A stretch of DNA of 63,856 nucleotides, filler included, from Choristocarpus tenellus KU-1152 (GCA_964200185.2; 10 parts of 10 records of this genome joined end to end with filler, not necessarily neighbours in it), one strand, 5' to 3'. Shown: positions 38,701 through 51,895, numbered from the whole stretch's first letter. The notes: generated by a model from the sequence alone, not told the origin. Numbers and translations: made by a program.

Positions 38701-39359
38701 AGGTGGAGGGATGGTCCTTGCTGCAGTACCAAAAAGACTGTCGACAATACTAAATGATGTTTTATTTTGTACTTGGTACCTAAACAATGCCTGGGGAAGA
38801 GGTCTAATGTCTTGAGGATTTCTGCTTGTCCCCTGTTTTTTCTCTTCCAGTGGTTGCAGTTCTGATATTTTTGCTACAAGTGCTGTTGTGCTAAAGTATG
38901 AATCAGTTATGATACGAATAGTATGGGGTGGGACATGGCGTGTGTTGATGAGATAGATTTTGTGATCTTTTTTGGGATGCCTGGTGCCATCTGTCTGTGC
39001 TTGCAAAGGGAATGGTGGTGCTAAAGTAGTGTAAGATGAAGCCCCTTCTGATTGGATGCTTGATTACTCGAGGATAATTGTAAGTTCTTATCGACCTGCA
39101 TTTTTGACAGCAGGAGTCCGACAGCATGGGTACAGATGGGGACGACAGTGGCGATATTGAAGAGTCTGAGGCCATGGTGGAGGAAGAGGAGGAGGAGGAG
39201 GAGGAGGAGGAGGAGGAGGAGGAGGAGGATGCAGAAGCAGATGGGGATGCGGACAGTAGTGAGGGAGAGGCCATGGAAGACTTGGAAGGGGATGAGGCGC
39301 GAGCGGGAATGGGCACGGGGCTGGGGATGATCCCCCCTGTTTCCGGTCTTGGCCAAGGG
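35785..39359 (+). CDS. ASF1: Histone chaperone ASF1 (6 exons, runs off the contig end)
   Basis: Exons 35785-35893, 36545-36600, 37033-37096, 37500-37651, 38170-38397 and 39111/39114-39359, with GT-AG sites and consistent phases. Protein [50 protein letters not shown]...[28 protein letters not shown]...[27 protein letters not shown]...[17 protein letters not shown] plus an acidic tail. Confidence 0.96.
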
Positions 39360-39578
39360 NNNNNNNNNNNNNNNNNNNNNNNNNNNNNNNNNNNNNNNNN
39401 NNNTTAATTAATTAANNNNNNNNNNNNNNNNNNNNNNNNNNNNNNNNNNNNNNNNNNNNATGGGGGTGGTTGGGGTGCAGGGGGGGGGGTGGGGGGGGAG
39501 GGAGTGAGCTTTTACCAAGGCTACAGTAAAATCGAGAGGCTAGGGAATGTGGTGGTTTGAGAAGCAACTACTAATACA

Positions 39579-39813
39579 CCCAATAGCATATCTCGATCAT
39601 CGTGTTCAGCCAATAGGATGATTTCAATTACTGAGCTCAACCAATAGGATCAATCCGATTATTGTGCTCAGCCAATAGGATCAATTCGATTATTGCGCTC
39701 AGTCAACAGGATGAGTTCAATTACTGAGCTCAACCAATAGGATCAATCCGATTATTGTGCTCAGCCAATAGGATCAATTCGATTATTGTGTTCAGCCAAT
39801 AGGATCAATTCGA
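39579..39813. repeat. 31-bp CCAAT-containing tandem repeat, ~7.5 units, with a 93-bp higher-order period
   Basis: Units CA(G/A)CCAATAGGATCAAT(T/C)CGATTATTGTGCT at 39607, 39638, 39669, 39700, 39731, 39762 and 39793. Variant order A-B-C-A-B-C. Confidence 0.9.
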
Positions 39814-40669
39814 CCTGCTGTGGATACTTCCTTTTTCTTGCACCTGAGATTAAAGGAATCGAATGATACTGGCAACTACCACTTCCAGGAAGTTGTGTGA
39901 GAAGCACACAAAGTGCCTATGGATGCCCACAACATTCTCTATAGGCCACATGGAAACAATCAGTATCAATCAGTCGCAGGGCATGAAACAAGACATCCGC
40001 ATTCTCCTCTACCATGCGCTTCCAATTTCTTTGTTTGTAAGCTCTACCTGGAGATTCGCACTAAGGTGACCAGAAGGTTCTTAGAACCAAAACGGAAGGT
40101 TCTTCGAAGAACTAAGGGTGTGCATGTAGGGGAAAATATTCAAAAACCAACGGACACTCAAATTAACAGCGTGGGCTTTATGTCACAAATTATTCAACAA
40201 CATTGCCTCGATCTACTACCTACACAACCCCCCTCAAGATCAGTCCAGCTTATTAGAGACGGGTTGCAATGTGGAAACTTACAAACAGGGCACTCCACCT
40301 ACAAATCATTACCTTCCTAAGTACAACACACTCACACACACACACACACACACACGACTTCACAAGCACATTTCACTAGTACATGCAAACACAGCACGCC
40401 AGCACACCCACCAACTCGCTAGCGACAGCTCCATGTGTGCACCAACTTCCTACTGGCCTACCTGCTTACCTTCCACCCCCCGACAAAGGTCCCCCCTGCC
40501 GCCGCCGACGCCTCTTCTACGCTGTCGTCGTCAACATCCTCAACATCGAAGTCTGTAAACCACACGGGGCCATTTCTTCCTGGCAGTAGGTCGGGCAAGC
40601 GTCCAAAGGCCAAGTCTGCTTTCACATTGGAAAGGCGGTAGGTCTCCCCCCCATGTAGTCGAAGTTCCA

Positions 40670-43450
40670 CATTGACTGCTGCTGTACATGAAATGTGGGT
40701 TAAGGGAGTTTGTAGAGACAAGGTACATTTGACATTGTTTGCTGAGACTGCTCTGTACATGAAATGTGGGTGCAAACGGAATGGTCTAGCAGAAGTTAAG
40801 GGAGTTTGTAGAGACGAGGTACATTTGACATTGTTTACTGAGACTACTCTGCCTCGGTATGATCTGTATGGTAGTATCGTATCACAGAACATACTATGTA
40901 AGATGTTTGATGGGCTGGAACAGGAAATCTGATTCAAATTGCCATTGACCTACAAGAAGCAGATAGATAGCAACAAACAAGCTGCTTCAGGTGTTGAACA
41001 AATGTGCCACATCCTATCCCTTCTTTTCCCATTCCAGAGCTTCTCTGCCAACAGCAATTTGTATCTTCTAACAGGCATCACTGATGAGCTCACGTTGATG
41101 CAACCACTCCGCAGCGTGGGCCCGGTATTGGAGAGCAACGGGATCCTCATCCTCAAAATGTCCCCCTGCCCTTTTCCGAAGCCACCCCACTTGACATAGC
41201 AAGTGGTCAAGTTTGACGTAGTCATACAACACACGCCACACACCAAAGAGTGAAGGGAATCGATTCTGAGTCACCATAGGGCGGAAATGAAGGTGTGGGG
41301 ACATAGGAATCAGAAAGGAGGTCGCGTGAAGTCACTCGAAGGAAAGATATCTTGGAGACAGCAATAGAGGGTGGGAACGAGTAGAAGGTAGGCACAAGGA
41401 GAAACCCAGCAAAGGCCAGAGTAGAATGCTGAAAATGAGACAACTGTAATGCCCGAAACTGCCGCTCGATCTCATATTTGAGGAGATTGATCGAAGTGAC
41501 GATGAAGTATTATCTCCCTGATTTCATCCCTGTAGGGAAGATTTGTAGGCGACGTGTTCCTCGATCGACCAAGATTGGAAGACATTCCTTCAATACCTGT
41601 CTTGCCAACGCCCTCAAGATAAACTCACCAAGCGCTGGCGCCAGCATACCGACTAGCTCCCTTGATTCCCAGTCATTCTCAATTGCATAGGCACCCATTG
41701 CAGGTAAAGCGTACGCCACGATCATAAACCCTGCCACCTTGTACTGCCGAGGTCAAATGCGATGTTTGGGGTCCAACAAGTAACGAGGGAAGAATGGTGA
41801 ATAATAAGCACTTGGGACTCCTACCTGGTCTTGTAATCGAGCTCTCACTGACAGTCTTCCACTACGAACGGTGCCATAACCCAGGTGTGTATGATTTTTA
41901 CCAAGTTACTTGATTTCCACTAGAAGATTGAGCCCCAGTCTCCTCTGCAGCGGAAGCAAAACAGAAAAGGCGTAGTACAGTATCATTACACAAATGACAA
42001 CACCCTATCCAAGGTCATTCTTGATGTGGAACAAACTTTGGCAATGCTTTTCAGCTGCAACGTCTACTAATCCTCTGCGATTCGGTGGATTTGGACGCAC
42101 CTTGAGAGGCCAACCTTCATCAACCAAAGGCTTTTCTGGATTTCCCTTTCCCGCAGCACAGAGTCGGCGATGCCCCCTGGTCGTGAACAAAGGGAAAGAT
42201 GACACATGCCATCGATACCTCATTGCCAAGCGGAACATGGTACCGGGAGAAGGACCAGACCCAACCGGTACCACCAGGCAGAGATGTTGGTCGGTAAAGG
42301 GGATGGGGGAAGGTCGATGGGGGAAGGTCAAATTAGTCAAGACCTCTAATGTCACATGGAAACAATTAAGGCCTCCTAGGTCTTGTGAAACCCAAGGATA
42401 CCATTCCATTCACCTTCTAGTTTATCAAATTTTAGGCTCTGCGCACTAGGGGGAGTATACAGACCTTGCTTCGCCATGGGCATCCTTACGGTGCTGTTTC
42501 GTTTTTGTGTGTGTGGTATATTCTTCTTGTCTGGACTGTGCAAACTCACGCCAAAGGTGATGGTTTCTGTTGAGCGGCAGACATCCTATCATATCAGCCC
42601 AGCAGATACAGTGGATAAAATATTGTTGGGATTTAGTAGTTTTTGTGCGTTTTCACGGTACACGTGCACCACCTATCCTTCAGTACACCTCATCCAGCCT
42701 ACGTCTGGACATGTGCCCTTCCATTGCCCCTCTTACAACTGCCTCTCGGTCTTGTTTTGGTACAACCTTCAACTCAGTTTTTGTACATGGATATTGTGTT
42801 TACCTACACCACCATGACCCAGGCCTGGCCGCGTATATTCCTATCCTGGAGTGATCAACAATTGCTATGGTCAGTATTCCTCGCGTAGGCCATCGAACCC
42901 TCCCGTTCTTGCCCCCAAGCCCCTCTTATTAGTTAGGAGACAGTATTATGTGTCGCTTTTTCTAGTCCGTTTATGATTCAAGACAACCTACAACCTGACC
43001 GTCTCCCTGTGATCTCCTTGGCGCCAAGCAGTGGGGAAGTGATGTTTACGCTAGTATGGATGCTTCGTTTCGAGATGATTTGACACCCTTCTGGCAAGTG
43101 GCGCTCTTCAACTTTCTGGGAATAACATTGAATCCAGAGTTTATCAAGGTCATCTTTGGAATGTACGTAACACCCCATGATGCACCCGATTCTCATCAGC
43201 ACACGTGATCTGAATTATTAGTTTGTGTGCTCTCGGTTGACGACGAGCAATTTATTCTTCCGTTTCACCTGTAGATATTGTCCCTCCAGGAGCTCGGCTA
43301 TCACCAGACACCTCTCAGTTAGACCAGTCCATCTAATTTGTAGGAAGTTTCCCATTATATCCCTGCCTCCGTATTGAAGGCTCCAATGAGGTGACTTAGT
43401 ATGCAACATATCCACATTAGCCTGAGGTTTCAAACCTCAGCAACTGTGTC
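40670..43450 (-). mobile_element. Probable decayed Gypsy-type retrotransposon 3' portion
   Basis: Integrase Zn-finger-like HHGVLRTFQR (~43180), chromodomain-like CYVKWGGFG (~41190), and a putative LTR starting TGTGATACGATAC (~40886) with an internal direct repeat at 40682-40850. Heavily decayed. Confidence 0.35.
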
Positions 43451-44999
43451 TGTTCCCAATAATAGAGGAACTACTAACTTCACAATCACCCACTGAAAAC
43501 AAGCAAAGGGTACCTTGTAGCGCCCCACACTCAACCTTCAACATCTGTCTGTGTTTGCGTTCCTCTTTCTGCATCTTTAGCATTGGTACTTCACTTCGCA
43601 CATGTCGAGGATGCTCACTCGCGTTGGTGGCCTTGTTGGATCCTTGATAAAAAAAACTGGGACTAGTGCAACAGTCTCCGGAAGACAAAAAATAAAAAGA
43701 TCAATAGTTGTCATGTGTACTGTTGATTTTTTTTTTAAATCCACAACATTTTTTTCTTGTATCTTCTAGCTATTATCATGTGCATTCCCATAATAGAGTT
43801 AGTTGCATTTGTCAAGGCCATTCTTGTCTATTAATGCCAGGGATGTGGAGTAGAGACATGGTGAATGTATTTGGTTCACAAATTCAAAGACCTATTTTGT
43901 CCCAACACAACCACTCTCTTGAGGTGCAATTTTACTGCTCCAAAAGAATGACATGATAGAAGGAGCAGAAATTTGTGTGTTTATATATATATATATTATG
44001 TGTGTGTGTATGTATTCCTATTTCACAGCCCAACACCTAGAGAGTTGTGGATGAAAATACTTTGGATTTTTTTCTAGATTGTATTGACTCAAGCAACGTC
44101 TGGTGCAGTCAACTATTGATCTATGTCCATGCAGCAAAGTATACGTATGTCCATGAAGCAAGCGAATTGAAACTGTCATTTTTTATTTTTATTTTGCACG
44201 CCTATTGCGTTTCAAATCCAATTGAAGCGCATTAACTCAATTCAGTCGAATTTAATTGTTCTTTTGTGGTTGTTGTTTTTTTCAGAACACTACCGATTCC
44301 ATGCCGCCCCGCACCTCACCGTGTGAAGTAGTATTTGTCAGCAACCTTGACCAGAAGGTTTTCCCCTGAAGTACGGCATTACTCCTTGACTAGCGATCTC
44401 GAAAATTCTTGTGTAGACTCATCTCAATTTTCAATTTTCAATTCACTACTATGGAGTTCATAGACCATGCTCTTGCGGTTCATCTTTCCTTCCTATGGTG
44501 TTGGCACTGGGTGCAAATTTAACATCCCTGGCCTGGACAAATGAAAAGAAGGCTCTGTTTTCCGTTGAGTCCACCGTTGAATCAGCCTCGTTTACCCCCC
44601 CCCCCCCCCAATTCTCAACAGCAAACTTTAGCTTTGTGGGGGGGGGGGGTNNNNNNNNNNNNNNNNNNNNNNNNNNNNNNNNNNNNNNNNNNNNTTAATT
44701 AATTAANNNNNNNNNNNNNNNNNNNNNNNNNNNNNNNNNNNNNNNNNNNNCAGTGACAGATATATTATATGTACTGACTCATAGTGTCGATTGGTTTTAT
44801 ATCATGTTCAAGATGCACTTCCTATACTTGAGATAAGTAAATAAGTAATTCATAGTAAATTAGAGTGGACGATTACAAACCCCACACTATAGAGTAATGA
44901 TGGTAGTTAAGGCTAGTCTCACCCACACGCTTAGTCAGCGGAACCGAGACCAAACCAAACCCCTTGTATTTCTAACATTGTTCATCTATACCAAGTTGT

Positions 45000-47057
45000 T
45001 CTTTGTCCTTCATTAAAAGCACCATAAAAGCCGCGGGTCCAGTGTGGTATAGTTCAACAGCAGCTTCAAGACGACTGTTAAGCGTCCGAATTGGCTGGGC
45101 TTCTCGCGAATAGGGGAGGGAGTTCCGAGTCTTGCATCGCTGCTAGGTATTGGAAATATGTGTATGTTAAGGCTACCATCGTAAGCGACTCTTCAGTGGA
45201 TACAGCACCTGGAGATCCCTGGTGGGTTCTCGAAAAGTATGAAAAGTATCCCTTGGGTAAGAGCGAGTCGTCGTGTGTGTACCTGCACTCGCCGCTTATG
45301 GACTTGAAGCAGTCTTGAACGTAGGCATGACGAAAGCAAACTCGGTGTGCCTTCAGCCATGTATCGATTTCGTCCTAGGAGGCAGACGGTGGAGGTAAGT
45401 CTTTGCCCGAAAGGTGTCGACTTGTATCACTCGCCCTATCTGTGGCTAAGGAAAGTGGGGATGGAAGCACGGGCTGGGGAACGGATGTGACTATTCGAAC
45501 AGGTTTTGATGCATTGCTTTTTGGAACGAATGAGGTCCCGTTTTTCCCAGGAACGGGGGTAGGTCGGTTGTGTAAAGCAGCACAGACAGCGGTTGAGGAT
45601 TTCTGGGTTAAAACAGGTTGGAGCATCGGCGCGAGGGCTGCCAGTACACTGTTGACTACCTCTTGGCGTGGCAGTGAAATTTGGGTTGTTACCTCTTCGT
45701 CCATGGACGTCCTGTTCTGCCGAGATAGTCCCAGTTCCTACCTGGCAATCGGGGTTTTGACTGAGGCGGCGAAAGGGTGTGAGGCATGCTAGCAACCATA
45801 GCATGCCCATCTGCCATGCTACCCAAAGCAGTGTGAGTCTTATCCTTGCGCAATGCACCTTTGTAGCATTTAAGTTGACTGGAACAAATGCGTATTGGTC
45901 GCTTTGATTGGATAATATTCCTCCATAAGATCATCAAAGACCCGTTCTGCTTTGATTCCACGGTTCACCATTTCGTTCCCCAAAAGATCATTCTGCGAAA
46001 TTGCTAGTGGGCGAATTTGGTTTCAAATTTCTTCGCGAAATGAAAATGCCATGGTCTGGGCACGATTTGGTCTATCTTAGGACATTAGGGAGGAGAGTTG
46101 GGATTGTTCGTTCAAAGAAATCAATGAGTTGATCTTCACCTATGTATCCCCCCACAAAAAGGGCTTCATATATATGAGGCATCCGGGAGTCCACGGTATA
46201 CGCTCGAGATAGTGCAAAACTAGGCGATTGACCGCAGCCTTCTGTTGAAACCTGATTTCGTATGAGTTGTGCATTATTGTGATGTGTCTGGTTTGTAACG
46301 AAGGAGGTCATAGCGCAACAAAGCACTGATGAATTTGTTCTGGTAGGTCTGATGACATGCAGTATTCAGTCAGACAGCATTCGATATGTGAAGGTATGTT
46401 TGGTTGTGCTGTGATTAACACGGTTAGAGGCAAGTGTGTGTCATAGTGCAACAAGAAACCTGCGGGTTTGGTTTGATGTGTCTGAAGGGATGTCTTACTC
46501 AATCAGACTTTGGTTGAAGTGAGATGGGTACTGTTATGCGTATGGCATATTTTACTCAAGCAGGTGGTGATTGATAGAAAGTGTGTGGTCATTCATTGAG
46601 ACATTCAAAGGAAGAAATTCATCCTCTGGGAAGAGGGTTGTCACCTTGGCAGAGAAGGGTTTCGAAGGATGGTTTTAAGTCTTTTTTTATATTGCATCCC
46701 GGCGTGTGTCTTATACGTGTGTTGCAGAGTGATGGATGGTTACGACGAGGCAATGGTAGTCAAGTAAAATAAGAATCAACACATACCATGCAACTGATAA
46801 CTTGCGTCATGGAGATGAAGAAGTAAAAACAAAGAAGAACAAGGAGACAACCTTTAATCCATATCAAACATAACTAATGTCCCTCATGGTATGTGTGTAC
46901 GATGGGCAGCGACTGTTCCTATGGTTTCTATCCACTGTGACGTACTTACAGTGGTTGAGTAAAGTATGATGATGAACTAATGATAGGATGGGAATAGCAA
47001 CCAGTACAATGGACGAATCAGCATTCAGTGTGAACTGACGATACTGTATCGTATCAA
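45000..47057 (-). mobile_element. Probable LTR-retrotransposon 5' portion (LTR, PBS-like site, gag with CCCH finger)
   Basis: Minus strand reads ...TTGCA|TGGTAT at ~46789, like an LTR end plus tRNA-Met PBS start. A gag-like ORF reads through one stop into CFRHAYVQDCFKSISGECRYTH. Confidence 0.4.
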
Positions 47058-48339
47058 AGCAAATCGAATGAGTAGCCTATGTTTTAACACCTTTCCACGA
47101 CCGCCTCTCTGTCTTCAAAAAACTCATGGCAACCTTTACTGCGTTTTTTGACTGGCCATATGAAAGATTGAATTCTCTTACCAAAATGCTATCCCACTCG
47201 TTTGCGGTTATGTCATCTCGAGGAACCTGTAAGAGCTGCCCTGTGATGCTCAAAACCTCGAATGTAGACGAGGCACTCAGAAGATCGCTGTGTGTCTAAA
47301 GAGAGTCAGATGAGAGTTGTTCGATAAACTCCATGCGGAAAGGGGTTATCACTGCGTGGATGTGATGCATGAACGTGTTGAGCCGTCACGGCTGCTGCGG
47401 GAATTCTCACCAAGGTGTAGCCCTGGACTGGAACCTCTCCTAATTACTTTTTCCAGGTGGAACCTGTGCATCAGGCATGACTTTGATATCCTGTGCACTC
47501 TGTGAGCCAGACATGCCTGCGTACCTGGGTAACAAAAGAACAACATGACACAAAACTCGGGAGTGTGAGTATATGAATTGCGAGAAATAGCTACCTAAGC
47601 AATGTCTATATCATGGCGGTCAGATACCACTCGTTTACGATTAGAGGTGTATGGTGCCTCCGTTGGAAGCCACGGATGCCACCATGCCGGTCCCTTTTCC
47701 TCCAGGTTAGGAGGTGGTGAAAGAGCTCCAAGACCATCCAAGGAGACGACGAAACCAAGCAGAAGAAAATCCAGGCCATAGTAGGGAGCTACCAAGAATC
47801 CTACGTGCTGAGGTGCATACTGAGTAATCTCTCCAGTTTTAAGAGACAAGGTAGGACCTCCATGTTAGAGAACGCTCCAAAGCTTACCTCCACAGGATGT
47901 ATAGCTCCGATCTACAGGTCTATAGATGGCGCTGATGCTTGTACAGGACTCCTGGGATACTCCGACAGTCAAAAGGTCCAACGAGGATGATAAATATGAG
48001 GTCAGCAGATGAGGGTACTCTTTTGAATCAATAAGCATGAATATGATAATTGGTATGAGTCAAGAGTGAGCCATTTGGGGGCCTGAGCCGTTTGGGTCTC
48101 TTGTCATCATTTATCATTTAATTTTTTTTCCACTTTACAGACATTGAAATACATCGCAGAACCGTTTCATACATTCCCAAGTTACAGATCTTACTCTGCA
48201 ACGTTTAGCAAAGCGGAGCTCCCCTTTTGGGGTTCCATATGTGCGTACACTGCTCGCACTGGTTAAACCACGGGAAGAAATACTTGCGCTATTCGCCTGT
48301 AACATATAGCCCTTAGCAGTGTGGCACAATAATTTATTT

Positions 48340-48736
48340 TCTTGCGAAGTGGAGTTTATTCAGTCACAGTTCCGTATACGTTGCATTGACATGTTTGAGG
48401 ACAATGATGGTGTGTGCAAACTAGTACAAAATGACACTAGCTCTACTAGAACAAAGCACGTTGATGTCCGGCCCATTTTCTGAGGGTCTAGCTAGAAAAA
48501 GAGAGTTTCATGTTTTGGTGGGTAATGAATGAAGATCAGAGGGCAGATTTGTTAACTAAGAATTTTCTTGTGAATTTTCAAACATTACAAAGTTTTCAAT
48601 GAGCATGTGTAGAAGTGTAGCATATTTGCACCTTTTTTTTTTGGTTAATGAGTTTATGCTTTTTCAGCAAGGGGAGGATGTCGTAATGACTGGTGTTATG
48701 CTTACGTTGTGTGTGCTGATACAACCATATCACTCA
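48340..48736 (+). mobile_element. Second Copia 3' fragment (RNase H end, PPT, LTR start)
   Basis: IDMFEDNDGVCKLVQN..SSTRTKHVDVR...DQRADLLTKN; CAAGGGGAGGA|TGTCG at 48679. Paralogous to ~32850-33520. Confidence 0.8.
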
Positions 48737-48901
48737 GACCCAAAGTATCTGGGGGGNNNNNNNNNNNNNNNNNNNNNNNNNNNNNNNNNNNNNNNNNNNN
48801 TTAATTAATTAANNNNNNNNNNNNNNNNNNNNNNNNNNNNNNNNNNNNNNNNNNNNTGGCCCCAAATGGACGCGATTCTACCCTCCAAGACAATTTGACT
48901 C
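48737..48901. mobile_element. Two unrelated MITE ends flanking a linker (A-type left end, B-type right end)
   Basis: GACCCAAAGTATCTGGGGGG, then the linker, then CCAAATGGAC...CCCTCCAAGACAATTTGACTC. Confidence 0.7.
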
Positions 48902-50876
48902 CATTATGTTCCGCCAGAAACGGCCGAGCTGTAGGACCTCCTTCTCGGTGTCTGGAGAGGGCACAAGAAGCGCGATGGCTCCAGTGTAAGTGCAGTGCAG
49001 CCATCTCAATATTCCCACATCTAATGTCCCGTCATTGACGGTCCAACAACACCGCACCAACCCCTAGTTCGACAGAATGAACTTGGATAGCCGATTCCTA
49101 CATTTGTATCGCCATTGCCAATATATGAGATACGCAACTAACCAACATACCCACTCACATTCCCACGTCCTCCTGTCCTCATCATGTCACCATCTCCTCC
49201 ACACACCACACGTGCCTCTGACTAGGACAAGTTCGACTTTAGGGCGGTGCACTCTTTCACTGTGCTGTGGCACGCCAACCCAGATGTCGCCGTTGAATCC
49301 CTCAAGAACAGCGGGGGCTTCACCCACATCTACAGGGATCAGGAGGGATGCACATCCCCAACACGTTCTCACGCGTCGAACCCTAAGCCCATGTGGTTAT
49401 CTGTGCGGCATACGTGCCTCCTCAACAATACCTTCTTCGATCGGTATGTTCTTAACCCTAAATCCTTCACATCCTTACAGCACGTTCTTTCCCGGGTTCC
49501 GAACGGAACATATTCTTCCATCTAAAAATATAACTCGCCAAGGACATCAGGGTGCAGCACTTCACAAGATGTACACTGATGTCCTGGCTGGAGCCGGACT
49601 ATCTCTCCTCAGAGGGGAGACCCCTCGAGACCATCCCTGGAGCGACATTGTGGAAGTGGCTGTGCATATTTTCTCCGATGAGACAGTCAAGAGACTACTG
49701 ACAGACACGATCTCTCTCTTGTATGTGGTCGCCACGTAGACCTTTCCGGAGGAATGGGTAAGTCCAGCTTTGATCAATCTTGTAATGATTCACCTATCGT
49801 ATATACATGCATGTGCATAGATCCCCTTCTGGCGCTACAAAATTTGTCGTCCAGTTTGTGCCTCGCAAGGCAGAGACTCATGGCATACACGCAATATACT
49901 CTTCCACTCTCTATGCACTCCTTCATGACATTTCTCGACCACTCAAACGGGCGTCTGGAACAAACGACTCTGGGGTGATCCCAACGAAGAAAAATCAAGG
50001 AGGACAAGGGGCAAGGGGAAGAAGAACAGACCAAAGGAGGGCGACCCTGACTCTAAGCCTGCCATCCAGGCTGAGGAGGAATAGACATCAAAACCTGCAA
50101 GAATCAATATTATGTACGCGAGGAGAATGCACGTCAAGGATTGTTCTCATCAAAGGGGCTGTCCTGGAGGTCGCTGTGAAGGTCATGAACGACCTCAAGA
50201 GGAAAGACGAGCTCGGGATATACCCCAACACCGAAGACTCCTCCACCAGGTCTTCAGAACAGCCTGCTCCAAAGAAACGATAAATCCTGACCGAAAAGGT
50301 ACCCGAGGGAGTGTCAGGCTTATCCTCTCGTCTGTCGATCGTATTAGGATTCCTAAGAAGTCACTTCACAACATCCGCTCTAACACCACACATTTATTTT
50401 ATCCCACAAAATTGAAAGGTGAAAAAGGACCTCGTGTTCCGGGATGTGGACAAGGGTGATGTGTTCCTCAACATGGTAAAATACTCAGAGGGTGTTACCC
50501 TGAACGCCAGTGGCGAACACGAAGGCAAGCAATTACAACATCATACAACATCACCATACGTGAACATCAAACACATATAGACAGTTCAACCAAAGGAACT
50601 GATCTATGATAGCAAGTAAGGACTCCACCCCACATTGGGGCTTACAACTCTGTTGTTTGTTGAAGGAGTGAGCATAGGTCCAATCAATGCAAACGCCTCA
50701 GCTGTGGTAGGAAAAATTTCCATGCTGTGTCTACAACACCCCCAGAGCCAAGCATGCTACCAACAGTAGCAAAACTACCAGCTCGACAAAGAACAGCATA
50801 CAATATCTAACTCATGTTTCTATCTTGTACTGCCTCCTAATCGCATTGCGCACTTGAGCATGCAACTTCAGTTTCT

Positions 50877-51895
50877 TCAACTGTTTACATAGAAAGGGAC
50901 ATCCTCTAAAATGGAAGAGAGTGACTCCCATGTCCTCTCGTGCACATTTAGCCCCAACCAATCCACCAAAACCTGGTATTCATATCCTTCTACCCTGCGC
51001 ACTGCCAGAATATCAGACATTTCAAATTCCCTCTGGTTCTGCATGTACTGGAATGTTGGCTTTATCTTTGTGGTCACGTTCAGCTCCTTGTCTACATAGA
51101 ACCACAGAGCCAAAGTATCTTAGAGGGTAGCGCCGCGTCCATTTGGGGGCCAAAATCCAATGTTGCGATTTTGATGATATTTTGGCTATCGTCTTTGTCA
51201 AGAAGTGTCAACATCCTTGTTCCAGACACACATTTTCATAACGCACACATTTTACCTACTCCGACACATTTTGGAGTAGGAAAATGTCATGAAAAAAAAA
51301 TGGGAAGCCAAGACCCAAATGGACAAACAGGGCAAAACTCGTACCCTCTAAGATACCTTCACTCCATAACCTCTTTAGCCGCTGCACCATTGCTGCTCTG
51401 CAACGATGCCCAGCTTCGCCCATGTGTGCACCCACCATCAGGCGTGTCCACAGCTCCTTTGCCATATCAGGAATCATGGTGGGGCTGTAACCTCAGCACC
51501 CACCTGCATCATGCCATCCTGGTCATGATGTACATGGTCAGCAGAGGTCATAAATCCTCCGCTTTCATGCACCGTCACACCCCCTAGGGCCTTGCTGGCC
51601 ACTGGTTGTGCCTCATGCATCACCGCTCTTGATGGCAGGGTGTCCTCTTCCTGCACCTCCGTAGACATGTCTACAGCTCGCACCAACACCTTATTCACCG
51701 TGGCCCAGTGTAGCTGTGATCCCTTGAAAGAACTACTCAGGAATCCCGGCGGCTCATGGCTCATATTTTCCACTGCAACGCCTCCATTCAGCTCCAACTG
51801 AGGGATCTGTGTAAGAAAACACTCCCAGTGCTTGTCAGAGGCGTCTGGAGACATCAGCACTGCACACTCCTCACTGGGGTGTGAGAGCTCCACCG
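50877..51895 (-). mobile_element. Chromoviral Gypsy pol remnant (RNase H, integrase Zn finger, chromodomain), internally deleted
   Basis: PDASDKHWECFLTQ...HEPPGFLSSSFKGSQLHWATVNK; AHMGEAGHR...QRLKR; FYVDKELNV...EFEMSDILAVR...YQVLVDWLGL...TWESL. Confidence 0.8.
51107..51364. mobile_element. MITE subfamily B
   Basis: GAGCCAAAGTATCTTAGAGGG...CCCTCTAAGATACCTTCACTC with CACA/CATA flanks. Confidence 0.88.

Noticed and set aside
38903-39356. Poly-Ser, poly-Leu and poly-Arg ORFs
   Set aside because: They are alternative frames of the ASF1 (GAG)n tract.
39579-39813. 31-bp repeat as a CRISPR array
   Set aside because: Contiguous diverged units with no spacers.
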